NCBI GenBank assembly: GCA_048939245.1
Contig: JBHLPR010000001.1
Location: 1-64,000 of the forward strand
Length of the DNA: 64,000 nucleotides
Source: Promethearchaeota archaeon
Lineage (GTDB): Archaea; Asgardarchaeota; Hermodarchaeia; Hermodarchaeales; Hermodarchaeaceae
Direction of reading: 5' to 3'
Of this stretch, positions 29,997 to 39,677 are shown piece after piece. Made by a program: the position numbers and the translations under genes. Each line of letters opens with the position of its first letter. The stretch's first letter is position 1. Under the pieces are notes generated by a model, which worked only from the letters and a program-made list of their open reading frames with translations, was not told where the DNA came from and did not search any database.

Positions 29997-30800
29997 CTAT
30001 TTTTTGAGAAGTGGTTGGAAAAATTTTCGGGTTGCCTCGATGAGTGTGTCATTGGAGAGTGTGATGCAAATTGGACTAATAACAATTTTCTTTTCTTTTG
30101 TCGCTAAATAGACATCACTTGTTCTTTGTGGTCTTGCTTTCTCTCTCCCATGTATCCAGTGATATTCCATTCCGTGAGGGTCGGTTCGTGGTTTTAATTT
30201 ATTATTGAAGCGAACTCGTAACGGTTTTGCTATCTTAATTGGAGTCTCTTCATCGACGTTTGCAGGAAAGCTGACATTGAAGAAATCAATGTCTTTGGGC
30301 AATCCATGAGTTAATACATGGTCAATAATCTCGTGAGCTCGTTTTGCTGCTTCTTGATAATTCGCACCCGAATCTCCAGGGATAAACCATGTGTTACTCG
30401 GTGTGTCGATTGAAAATGCAATACTTGGTAGGTTCCAGAGTGCGGCTTCGATTGCGGCTCCTACAGTACCACTGGTTAGGATGCTATGGGTACTGACATT
30501 CAATCCTAAATTAGGACCTGATATTACCAGATCAATTTCAGGGAAATACGTTCGGCACCAAGTTACAGCATCTCCCGGTGTTCCAGAGGTTTCAATGATG
30601 GGTTGATTTTCGATGGTTGGTCCTTCTGTAAATCTGATTGGTTCGTTGAATGAAATTGCCTTTGATATACCACTTTTTGGCTGGTTTGGAATCACGACTG
30701 TGAGTTCATAAAAGGGACCAAGGGTTTTAATGAAATATCGTAGTGCTGGTGAACGAGCACTATCATCATTAGTATAGAAGATATGTGGTCGATTTCTCAA
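29997..30800 (-). CDS. surE: 5'/3'-nucleotidase SurE
   Basis: TNDD, SGTPGDAV, SGPNLGLN, SGTVGAAIEA. Confidence 0.92.
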   Translation of the reverse strand: MRNRPHIFYTNDDSARSPALRYFIKTLGPFYELTVVIPNQPKSGISKAISFNEPIRFTEGPTIENQPIIETSGTPGDAVTWCRTYFPEIDLVISGPNLGLNVSTHSILTSGTVGAAIEAALWNLPSIAFSIDTPSNTWFIPGDSGANYQEAAKRAHEIIDHVLTHGLPKDIDFFNVSFPANVDEETPIKIAKPLRVRFNNKLKPRTDPHGMEYHWIHGREKARPQRTSDVYLATKEKKIVISPICITLSNDTLIEATRKFFQPLLKK

Positions 30801-30913
30801 TTTTGGTATAACTCCTATTTTTCTCTTCGTCGAAGTAGTGATAATGAAGGTCGAACTATTAAAAAAAGAGTATTAAGCTGTTACAATATCGCTTAGCAGG
30901 GAATTAAGAGTTC

Positions 30914-31537
30914 ATGGCGCATTATTCAGGAATTGTTGAAAGAACAGAAATCAGTAACAAGATCTTGACCTGTTTGGCAAGGCACGTTGAGTCACAAATG
31001 TCTCCAGGTGAACTCGTTACCATTATTCATTCAGGGAATAGTGACTATATTCGTCTAGTTCATATCCTGATGGCACAACTGCTTATACAGAATCGCTGGG
31101 TCTATGTGTTTGATTATCAACGACGAATTAAAACGGTCTATTTACAACAGCTGCTGACTAAGCAAAAAGTGAGTCTTAGTAAGGTTCTTCGAAAATTTGT
31201 TCTTCGAGTCATTCTTGATGAAAACCATGGAATAGACGAGCTCCTGAGAATGCAACGGCGAAAACCGTCCAGAAAAAAACCACCTGCTTTTTTCATAATT
31301 GATCCTTCAGGCTTATTTGGCCGTCTTAGAGGCGGAGTAAAACAATCTGCGGAAGGGCTTCAATTCCAATATGATGCAGCTAGACTCTTTGCACAGAAGG
31401 GGTATTCTGTTGTGATATCTGATTTCGGTGGTCGGCATTTTCATCGAGTTGAATCAGTGGTCCCAGCTCAATTGGCAGAAACATCGACTTTGGTTCTTCA
31501 GTTTCTACCAAGGCAGATTCTGTTGGCTCCAAGTTAA
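30914..31537 (+). CDS. Degenerate RecA/RadA-fold protein lacking the Walker A lysine
   Basis: Strand/helix pattern collinear with the RadA core in this window (see findings). Confidence 0.6.
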   Translation: MAHYSGIVERTEISNKILTCLARHVESQMSPGELVTIIHSGNSDYIRLVHILMAQLLIQNRWVYVFDYQRRIKTVYLQQLLTKQKVSLSKVLRKFVLRVILDENHGIDELLRMQRRKPSRKKPPAFFIIDPSGLFGRLRGGVKQSAEGLQFQYDAARLFAQKGYSVVISDFGGRHFHRVESVVPAQLAETSTLVLQFLPRQILLAPS

Positions 31538-31541
31538 CAGG

Positions 31542-32585
31542 TTACAGCTTATCTTTAGTTGGTTTTCCGCATTGAGTGCAAAAAGTTAGGTCTGGTTCTA
31601 GTAGTTTTCCACAATATTGACAGATGCTTTTTTCATCGTGGATTTCTCCTTCACTTGGAGCAGAGTCAAGATGTTGAGGAGGTTGATAAATTTGTACTTG
31701 GCGCATGTATTTTTGATGTTGTTTTTCCCGATAGGCGCCGCGAGCTCCTCCGAAAAATGCTACTGAAAAAAGTGGTATTAATGGTGCAACCATAGCTACT
31801 GGGATCTGAGTAAAAATACTTAGAATAATAGGGCCTGCGAAGCCAAGGGTTATTCCATACAGACCCACGATTGTATCAATATTCAGATAGATCGTTAAAC
31901 CTAGAACCCCCGCGAATGTAATCAAGACGTATCCCAAGATTAGAGTGCTTAAAATGCGTCCCCAATGCTGAACTCGCATACCAATACTAATAGTAAAAGA
32001 TTTGGTTAGCGAAACTTGTCCAATAACCAGTATCATTGGGAGAAAAAAGAAGAGCAGTTGAAGAATCGTAACAAGAATCGGAATGACACTAGCAAGGGCT
32101 AGGATAATCGAGGTAATAAAGGCGGCAAGAATGGTTGAACCAATGGGAAACCGGACGTTGCGCTCATCAGCTAAAAGAGTGTGTAATGAAGATTCACTCT
32201 TGAAGAGATGATAAATGGAAAGCGTCCACAAAATAAAGGTCCCGAAGAATATCACGAACTTTTGTAGAAGACCCCAAGCCATACTCAAAATGAGAAGATC
32301 AAATAATAGAAAAAAATCGGGGACTGGGGCAAGAATTTCATTGGCAATCAAGGTATCAATTGTTGTGATTAACGAATCTACGGGGAGAAGAATGATTGAT
32401 AAAATGAATCCGCCAATGAAAAATACCACAACGAGCCTTTGAAACTGTTGTTGTAACAGTAGAATACTGCGTTGGAATGCCGCACTAAAGGAAGCATTTG
32501 CTAACCAGTCTTTCCCTTTGAATGGGGAGGGCTTCTTTGGTAAACTGGAGCTGATTGTAGCCTGTGCGTCTACAGGTTCTGACAT
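31542..32585 (-). CDS. Polytopic membrane protein with C-terminal double zinc ribbon
   Basis: About 6 TM helices; CQYCG...FCTQCG. Confidence 0.8.
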   Translation of the reverse strand: MSEPVDAQATISSSLPKKPSPFKGKDWLANASFSAAFQRSILLLQQQFQRLVVVFFIGGFILSIILLPVDSLITTIDTLIANEILAPVPDFFLLFDLLILSMAWGLLQKFVIFFGTFILWTLSIYHLFKSESSLHTLLADERNVRFPIGSTILAAFITSIILALASVIPILVTILQLLFFFLPMILVIGQVSLTKSFTISIGMRVQHWGRILSTLILGYVLITFAGVLGLTIYLNIDTIVGLYGITLGFAGPIILSIFTQIPVAMVAPLIPLFSVAFFGGARGAYREKQHQKYMRQVQIYQPPQHLDSAPSEGEIHDEKSICQYCGKLLEPDLTFCTQCGKPTKDKL

Positions 32586-32702
32586 CTATCCGCCTCGTAA
32601 TGGATTTAGTGGGTACTGCGAGTGGAACTATCTTAAACTTGATGGTAAGGTAAGTCTCTCTTGGGTAGCGAAAAATTCGCAATAGACTAAGATGCAGTGA
32701 AA

Positions 32703-33278
32703 TTATGATGCAAAGGACGAATAAATGAAGGGATGTAGTTTTTCACGTAGTTCCGCCAGTCGATTATATATCAATAATCTCGTCACTTGGTCAAATAACT
32801 CTCCGACGTTTTCTCCGGATCGTGCAGAGGTTTCAAAGTAATTATCAAATTCCAAGTTTATGTGCCGCTGGTACGCTTCAGCCATCGAAATCACCCGTTT
32901 TGAAGCCAAGTCCACTTTATTCCCCACTAAAACACTGGGGGCTTCATCTGGTACTGCTTGTCGAAAGGCCTGTAACCATCCCTCAACATTGTCGAATGTT
33001 TCTGCACGTGTTAAATCAAAGCTGACGATTACCGCATCGCTGCCTAGTAAGAATAGCTTCCTAACACTTTCAAATCGAGGTTGACCTGCAAGGTCCCAAA
33101 TAATTAAACGTATTAACACGTCCCCGACTACAATCTCCGAACAATTTAGCTGCGTCCCCAATGTCTGATGATATGAATGCTCAAAGGTTTTCGAAATGAA
33201 GCGGTTGATGATGCTGGTCTTACCGACCATCGGGTCCCCAATGATTACTAACTTGAAAGTGTGTTCGTTCAGTGACAT
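32703..33278 (-). CDS. Rab-like small GTPase
   Basis: GDPMVGKT, WDLAGQ, NKVD, ETSAR. Confidence 0.93.
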   Translation of the reverse strand: MSLNEHTFKLVIIGDPMVGKTSIINRFISKTFEHSYHQTLGTQLNCSEIVVGDVLIRLIIWDLAGQPRFESVRKLFLLGSDAVIVSFDLTRAETFDNVEGWLQAFRQAVPDEAPSVLVGNKVDLASKRVISMAEAYQRHINLEFDNYFETSARSGENVGELFDQVTRLLIYNRLAELREKLHPFIYSSFAS

Positions 33279-33549
33279 GGGGATTCGCTCGCTGCTTTAG
33301 CATTCTTTTTCTAGTCGTCTGGAAAGGAAATTTAAATTATGTTAATACTGGTATGACAAAAATGATATTGCCTAAATGGCTTTTCCTCGCTTAATATCGG
33401 CATTTCCTGCTTTTCTATAGCATATTTACTCCTCGACAGAAGGGATTTAGGATAAGTTAATGGCGCAACATCCCCGTTTAAGAAGTTGGGTTTATTGCTG
33501 CGATAGATTTAAGCTGAAAAAGTCGTAGTGCCTTGCAGGAGTTTCGATT

Positions 33550-34878
33550 GTGACTATCCAAATTGATGATGCTGGTTGGGGTGATCCGGTTGGTGGTGTA
33601 CTAATTGGTGTTTATCGAGTCGAAACCAGCGAATATGTCGTCAAAGAGATTGAAGTCACTCATTTCCAAGAACTACATTTTGCAAACAAAACATTTCTCG
33701 CTCGCGGCCTAGAACTTGTTTTAGAAGCCCTCACGTGTTTGCAGGTTCCAAAAGCTGAAGCTATCCAAGTATGTCGAGGGGCAGTCCTGGATGAGGTTCG
33801 GGCTGGTCTCAAGGCTCGTGGGTTTAAAGTGATTCCAACAAAGATTGAAGGGCATCTACAGGAATTAGTTGAAGCTAATTTTGTGACCTCGTTAGAAAAA
33901 CTTGGACTCCAGGATATTCCTCGGGTGAGTGGCAAAGAACGCTTCTTTCGTCAGCTTGAATGGATACAAGAGGATCTCCTAAAGCGTGAATGTTTTGCAA
34001 AAACAGGTTGGAAGAATTGGCCGAAGAGACTTCGGAATTGGCAACCGAGGTGGCGACAATCCCAACGAAGAAATCATGCTCCACCAATCATTGTCAAATT
34101 AGGTGGCAGCATTATTTCAGATAAAACAAAGCGGTCGACTGCCCGACTAGCGACTATTAAATTATTAGCAAAGGAAATCACCGCAATAAAAAAGCATCCT
34201 ATTGTGGTAGTGCATGGAGGTGGTTCCTTCGGGCATTTCCCCGCCAAGGAATATGAAATTCATCGGGGTGGACGGAGCCGGAAAAAGAAAGTAGGTCTAA
34301 CTGAAACAGCACTGGAAATGACAAATCTCGGCAAAATTATTCACCATGCTTTTTTGGAATTAAAGCAGCCAGTGATTCCTATTCGGTCATCTTCTGTTAT
34401 TGTGGCGCTAGATGGTCGCATCTCACATATGGACCTTCAAGCTTTACAGGAATTTATGCGGCAGGGCTTCATCCCCATACTTTCTGGTGATGTAGCAGCT
34501 GATACAGTTACAGGTTTTACGATTGTAAGTGGAGATCAAATTTCGATGTATCTAGCTCGATTATTAGGTGCCCATAAAGTTATTTTCGCTACTGATGTTA
34601 GTGGCTTGTATACTGCTGATCCCAAAGAAAATCCACACGCCCAATTAATCGAAACAATAACTCCTGACACGTTGGATCAGGTACTTGATGAAATTGCCGT
34701 AGGAACAGCTTCAGAAGCTGCAGATGTAACGGAAGGTATGCGAGGAAAGCTCACTGAAATCTTCAAAGGTCTTCCAAAGGGTTGTGAAGTTATTATCACT
34801 GATATTCGGCCACCGGGAACCCTGGACCGTTTAATAATGGGAAAACCGGTACCTGCTACACGTCTTCGACACGATTAG
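33550..34878 (+). CDS. ipk: Fusion: RNase HII-like N-terminal domain plus isopentenyl-phosphate kinase
   Basis: N-terminal IQIDDAGWGDPVGG; C-terminal VKLGGSIISDK, VHGGGSFGH, SGDQI, TDVSG, DVTEGMRGK. Confidence 0.85.
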   Translation: MTIQIDDAGWGDPVGGVLIGVYRVETSEYVVKEIEVTHFQELHFANKTFLARGLELVLEALTCLQVPKAEAIQVCRGAVLDEVRAGLKARGFKVIPTKIEGHLQELVEANFVTSLEKLGLQDIPRVSGKERFFRQLEWIQEDLLKRECFAKTGWKNWPKRLRNWQPRWRQSQRRNHAPPIIVKLGGSIISDKTKRSTARLATIKLLAKEITAIKKHPIVVVHGGGSFGHFPAKEYEIHRGGRSRKKKVGLTETALEMTNLGKIIHHAFLELKQPVIPIRSSSVIVALDGRISHMDLQALQEFMRQGFIPILSGDVAADTVTGFTIVSGDQISMYLARLLGAHKVIFATDVSGLYTADPKENPHAQLIETITPDTLDQVLDEIAVGTASEAADVTEGMRGKLTEIFKGLPKGCEVIITDIRPPGTLDRLIMGKPVPATRLRHD

Positions 34879-34946
34879 CCTTCTACCCAATTAATTAGGG
34901 AAAAGGTATAAACTCAGCCACCTCTCAAAAAGTTTCGACTCAGAGG

Positions 34947-35615
34947 GTGAGTCTCCAAATGTTCTCTTTCACTTATTTTGGGTACGCAGCGATTTTAGTT
35001 AATTTTGAGAAGCACATTCTTTTTGACCCAGGAATCATTGAAGGGGTTCCACTGATCGACATCGGGACGGTCCAAGCTTCCTATCTCCTTGTCACCCAAA
35101 CACCGATTGAACATTTTGGAAATGCTGTAGATTTTGCAAATGACAAAGGAAGCATTCTGGTTGGAAATAGCGCCGTGTGTCATCAAGCGCGACAAGAAGG
35201 CATCTATAGCTATGACCTCTTTGAAATTGATACAAGCAAACCACTCGATATTGGTGCTAATATCCAAATCATTGGATATCCTTTGCGTCGTGGCGGGTTT
35301 CTTGCACCAAAAAATACCGCATTCTTGGTGAAAAGCAATCAGGGGTCAGTTCTACATTTAGGACATGCAAATGAATTAGGACCGCTTTCAAATTCAGAAC
35401 CCGATTTGCTTTGTGTCTCAGTGGCGGGTAAGAAACGGGGAACCTTTTCACCCGTTGCCGCAGTTGAAACAACCCTTGCGATTCATCCCCGGTATGTATT
35501 ACCAATCAGCGGGTCTTCTACTCAAACCAAACAATTTCTGGGGCAGCTCGGACAAAAAGAAACGGATATCCACTCAATTGCTTTGAAAGCAGGCGAATCC
35601 TTCACACTGATATGA
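34947..35615 (+). CDS. Degenerate metallo-beta-lactamase-fold protein
   Basis: ILFDP; TQTPIEH replaces THxHxDH; HLGH replaces HxGD. Confidence 0.7.
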   Translation: MSLQMFSFTYFGYAAILVNFEKHILFDPGIIEGVPLIDIGTVQASYLLVTQTPIEHFGNAVDFANDKGSILVGNSAVCHQARQEGIYSYDLFEIDTSKPLDIGANIQIIGYPLRRGGFLAPKNTAFLVKSNQGSVLHLGHANELGPLSNSEPDLLCVSVAGKKRGTFSPVAAVETTLAIHPRYVLPISGSSTQTKQFLGQLGQKETDIHSIALKAGESFTLI

Positions 35616-35632
35616 ATCGGTACGTCAGCCGG

Positions 35633-36481
35633 TCAAACCTGTAAGAGCCGTTTATACAGCTCAACACGTCGATCCTGAATGATGTGGTTTGTTTTAGTGA
35701 GAAATTTGTCTCGAGCCTGTTTAGGATCAATTTCCGCGATTATAAGTCCAGTTCTCTTCGTTCCGCTCCGTGAAATAATCTGACCCTGCGGGTTAGTAAT
35801 CTGGCTCCGTCCAGTAAAGGTGAGGGTCCTCTCGGAACCAATACGATTTGCTAAAATAGTGAAAATCCGATTTTCAATGCTTCGTGCAATCATTGTCTTC
35901 TGCGCGTAAGGCAGGACCAGATTGGCAGGCAAACACAACACCTCACAGCCCTCTAACATCAGAATTCGTGCTACTTCAGGGAATGCCCAATCAAAACAAA
36001 TCAACACTCCGAGGTTTGCAGTGGGGATTTTCCATACTCTCGGAGGGTCATCTCCTGGATAAAACCACTCTTTTTCACGAGCGAAAAGATGTATTTTACG
36101 ATATACTCCCAAATAGCCTTTGGGGCCCACAATGACTGCAGAATTATACACGTTATTATCCAGTCCAAGTTCTGCTATCCCTCCAACAATCGTCATCTGG
36201 TATTCTTGTGCTAATCTAATCCACAACTTGGATGTTTCTCCATCGGGAACTTCCTCAGCTAAGGAATGCACCTGCTTCTTTGAAGTGAAATTATAGCCAG
36301 TTGCACACAACTCTGGAAAGACAACTAACTCGACTTCCTGAATCGCAGCTTTTTGGCAATAGTGCTGGAGGAGGGTGCGATTTTTTTCCGGTTGTGCAAA
36401 TCGTGGATGCATCTGTGCTGCTGCCACCTTCACTCTGTTCACACTCGGTAATTGCTCTTCACAATAAGCATATTTCAGCAT
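35633..36481 (-). CDS. Nitrilase/carbon-nitrogen hydrolase
   Basis: FPEL, YRKIHL, ICFDWAFPE (Glu-Lys-Cys triad). Confidence 0.92.
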   Translation of the reverse strand: MLKYAYCEEQLPSVNRVKVAAAQMHPRFAQPEKNRTLLQHYCQKAAIQEVELVVFPELCATGYNFTSKKQVHSLAEEVPDGETSKLWIRLAQEYQMTIVGGIAELGLDNNVYNSAVIVGPKGYLGVYRKIHLFAREKEWFYPGDDPPRVWKIPTANLGVLICFDWAFPEVARILMLEGCEVLCLPANLVLPYAQKTMIARSIENRIFTILANRIGSERTLTFTGRSQITNPQGQIISRSGTKRTGLIIAEIDPKQARDKFLTKTNHIIQDRRVELYKRLLQV

Positions 36482-36621
36482 TCCTACTTCAACTTATGTC
36501 AGGAACGCAAAGAATTCCCGTTTATAGGGTATTTTTTGGGCATTTCTTTGGTGTGGTTTTGGCGCTTTAAGTAGGGTAGTCTGGGGAGTTCATCAGTGGC
36601 TGACCAACGGAGACTAGGCTC

Positions 36622-37584
36622 TTGGACGCTGATTCCCGAATTCAATTAGAATTGGAGCATCTTCGCAGTATCAAAGGGGTTGATAATAGTTTTCTTGCTC
36701 AACGTGATGGTTATCCAATAGCCAGTGCTGGAGTATGGCTTTCACCTGATGAAATCTTTGGAATCTCCGCTGCAGCCTCAGCCATTTATGCTGTGGCCCG
36801 TCGGCTTCATCGTACACTCAACTATGTGTTAGTTGAAGGAGATCAAGTAAAATTTCTTGTTGTGGCTTTTCCCGAAAATGAAGACTATTTTCTATCGCTT
36901 ACCACCCGGACTCAAGCGAATTTGGGTGTCATCCTTCAATCCCTGCAACAGTGCACTCCAAATATCAGTCCCCTTCTTTTTCAAGCGGGTACACTCCCTC
37001 CGCTTCGAAGTTATTCCAATAGACAAGAAGCTTCCATCCTGAATCGGTTTAAAGCACAGGAGAAGCCAATCCATTCGTCAAGTCCATCCATTCGTTCCCT
37101 CTCTCTTATCCTCACCGCACCCATGGTCATGAAGCTTCGAGCATTGTTGGCGGATTTTACCAACCTCTTGGGTGGCGCCCATCCCACTTTCATTTCTCTT
37201 CATGGTGGATACCCGATTGCTCCAAAAAATCATATGAGTCCTTCAACAAGTGGTATGAGCGCGTTTACCTTTGCTCTGTATGATACTTGTCGGAAAGTCG
37301 CTTGGATTACTAAACGAACAGTAATCAATCAAGTGATGGTTGATCTTGGACTACAACACCACTTCATCTATAATACGGGAACAAGCATTTTCAGCACAAC
37401 ACTCCAGAAGAGAAACTATCGTCTCGGGTACCTCCGTCTCCTTATTCCCACCTATACTGCTCGTATCGAAGAGACATTACAACAGGCTTCACACGTCATT
37501 GACCAGACATCGCTGAAGCAACCAATGAATCGCTTTCTGAATGGGTTGTTCTCATCCTTCCAAACCTCAACTTTATCGGGTTGA
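36622..37584 (+). CDS. Tandem roadblock/LC7 (MglB-like) protein
   Basis: Two repeats (RDGYPIA...SAAASAIY...ANLGVI; HGGYPIA...SAFTFALY...YRLGYL). Confidence 0.8.
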   Translation: MDADSRIQLELEHLRSIKGVDNSFLAQRDGYPIASAGVWLSPDEIFGISAAASAIYAVARRLHRTLNYVLVEGDQVKFLVVAFPENEDYFLSLTTRTQANLGVILQSLQQCTPNISPLLFQAGTLPPLRSYSNRQEASILNRFKAQEKPIHSSSPSIRSLSLILTAPMVMKLRALLADFTNLLGGAHPTFISLHGGYPIAPKNHMSPSTSGMSAFTFALYDTCRKVAWITKRTVINQVMVDLGLQHHFIYNTGTSIFSTTLQKRNYRLGYLRLLIPTYTARIEETLQQASHVIDQTSLKQPMNRFLNGLFSSFQTSTLSG

Positions 37585-37590
37585 TAGGAC

Positions 37591-38145
37591 ATGCTCATCG
37601 ACTGGAGTAGCAAAGTTATTCAATCAAAAATTGTCTACTACGGACCCGCCATGAGCGGGAAAACCACCAGCATACGCGCTCTCTTTGGTGCGCTCGGTCA
37701 ATCCGAGAAAATTGAATCTATTGAAACAACTACCGGTCGAACTTTATTCTTTGATTTCGGTTCTCTGGAATTAACACGGAATGACTGGGCTCTTCGACTC
37801 TACATATGGTCTGCTACTGGTCAAGACTATTATGCAGAAACCCGTTCAACAGTGCTTGCAGGAACCGATGGAATTGTCTTTGTGGTTGACGGTCAATCTC
37901 ACTTGCTCCCCGATAATATTCGATCGTGGGACGAGCTTCAGCAGTTCTTTGGCAACAAACTTGGTCAAGCCCTTCCTGTTGTGGTTATGCTGAACAAATC
38001 AGATATGCCTAATGCCATCAGTCGTCACCATATCACAGAGGCACTTAACCTAAGCAATGGGATTCACATCTATCCAACGATCGCCACTGAAGGAGTGAAT
38101 GTATCCAGGTCCTTTTCCACTATCCTCCGACAAATCTTCCAATAA
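37591..38145 (+). CDS. mglA: MglA-like small GTPase
   Basis: KIVYYGPAMSGKTT, RTLFFDF, ATGQ, DGIVFVVD, NKSD. Confidence 0.9.
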   Translation: MLIDWSSKVIQSKIVYYGPAMSGKTTSIRALFGALGQSEKIESIETTTGRTLFFDFGSLELTRNDWALRLYIWSATGQDYYAETRSTVLAGTDGIVFVVDGQSHLLPDNIRSWDELQQFFGNKLGQALPVVVMLNKSDMPNAISRHHITEALNLSNGIHIYPTIATEGVNVSRSFSTILRQIFQ

Positions 38146-38222
38146 TCCTTTTGCTTTCCTTTTTTTTACAATGCACAGTCTTTTCAACTTGATATCCACA
38201 TAAGAGGTGCTGGTGGAACCCT

Positions 38223-39599
38223 ATGAAACCCAAAGTCTTGACAGAAGAAGAAATTGTCAACATGCTCACCAAAGTTACTACACAAGAAATCGAAGAATGT
38301 AACGAACATATCTTGACACCCTTAAAGGAAATTCTACTTACACAGGGAATCCCTGGAGGCGCAGTTGTTAGAGATAGCGAAGGTAATGAGTACCTCGATT
38401 GCACAAGTCAGGCCTGGACCCTAAATGTCGGATATGTCCACCCCGACATTATTTTTGCAGCCCAATTCCAAGCGGAACGCTTGACCCATGTCCGATATGG
38501 ATACCCGACTGTGCCCCGTATTAAACTCGTGAATAAACTTAGCCAAATAGCGCCAGGTAGGCTCAAGAAAGTCTCAATCCAGAATCAGGGAGGCTCATCT
38601 GCCATTGAAGCAGCGATGAAATTGTCTATGATCCATAAGCCTGGTTCTTCCCTTTTCGTTACGCATTGGCTTGGATATCATGGAGCCACTTTAGCGACAA
38701 TTTCAGCAAGTAACTGGATGCCCAATCCGTTGATACGGATTCCCAATTTTGGATTACAGCATTTTGTAAAAGCCCCCTATCCCTATTGCTATCGATGTCG
38801 TGGGAATCAAAATCCAAAAGATTGTGATCTTGAATGTTTACAGTATCTGCAGAATCTTGTTATGTATGGGACGAACGCTCCAGTCACGGGAGTTATCATT
38901 GAACCGATGCAAGGGCCTGGAGGACAAGTTCCTGCGCCTCAACGTTACATCGAGGGTCTTCGACAACTCTGTACTGACATGAATATATCACTCATATTTG
39001 ATGAATCTCAAACAGCCTTCGGTCGTGTTGGTAAAATGTTTGCTTCGGAAATTTATGGAGTAACTCCTGATTTGATGGCTCTCACAAAGGCCTTAGGCGG
39101 TGGGTTTCCTCTTGGGGCAACTTTAGCTGATGAGAAATATGGGGGGTTCACTCCAGCAGAAGAACATAGTACCTTCGGTAGTAGTCCACTATTGATGGCA
39201 GCAGGTCTGATTAACATTGAAGTCATCCAACGGTTGGATTTACCCAAGCGATCTGAGCAAATGGGTACATACATTACCAAACGGCTTCTCGAAATTCAAG
39301 AACGAAGCAACCATATTGGGGATGTTCGTGGTCCAGGACTTTTCATTGGTATTGAAATCGTGAAGAATCGAGATAATAAAGATCCAGCGAATTCCCTTGC
39401 GGATGCTATTGTGCGAGAAGGTTTGAAACGTGGTGTTATATTCGATTTGAGTATGCCGTTTATGCGGCATATGACCTTCCAACGAAATGTGGTGAAAATA
39501 AAACCTCCTTTAACCATTTCTCAGGAACAAGCAGATCAGGCCGTGGATGTATTCGAGGACTCGCTCCACACTGCATTAAAAGAATTAACGATTTTGTAA
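38223..39599 (+). CDS. Class III PLP aminotransferase (GabT/ArgD-like)
   Basis: YHGAT, IIEPMQG, DESQTAFGRVG, TKALGGG. Confidence 0.92.
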   Translation: MKPKVLTEEEIVNMLTKVTTQEIEECNEHILTPLKEILLTQGIPGGAVVRDSEGNEYLDCTSQAWTLNVGYVHPDIIFAAQFQAERLTHVRYGYPTVPRIKLVNKLSQIAPGRLKKVSIQNQGGSSAIEAAMKLSMIHKPGSSLFVTHWLGYHGATLATISASNWMPNPLIRIPNFGLQHFVKAPYPYCYRCRGNQNPKDCDLECLQYLQNLVMYGTNAPVTGVIIEPMQGPGGQVPAPQRYIEGLRQLCTDMNISLIFDESQTAFGRVGKMFASEIYGVTPDLMALTKALGGGFPLGATLADEKYGGFTPAEEHSTFGSSPLLMAAGLINIEVIQRLDLPKRSEQMGTYITKRLLEIQERSNHIGDVRGPGLFIGIEIVKNRDNKDPANSLADAIVREGLKRGVIFDLSMPFMRHMTFQRNVVKIKPPLTISQEQADQAVDVFEDSLHTALKELTIL

Positions 39600-39677
39600 T
39601 GAAAAATCAGTTCTCGCCACAGGATTCTAAAAGGTTAAAACCAAACCAGTATAGCATAGTACTAAGAGGCTGCAAAA

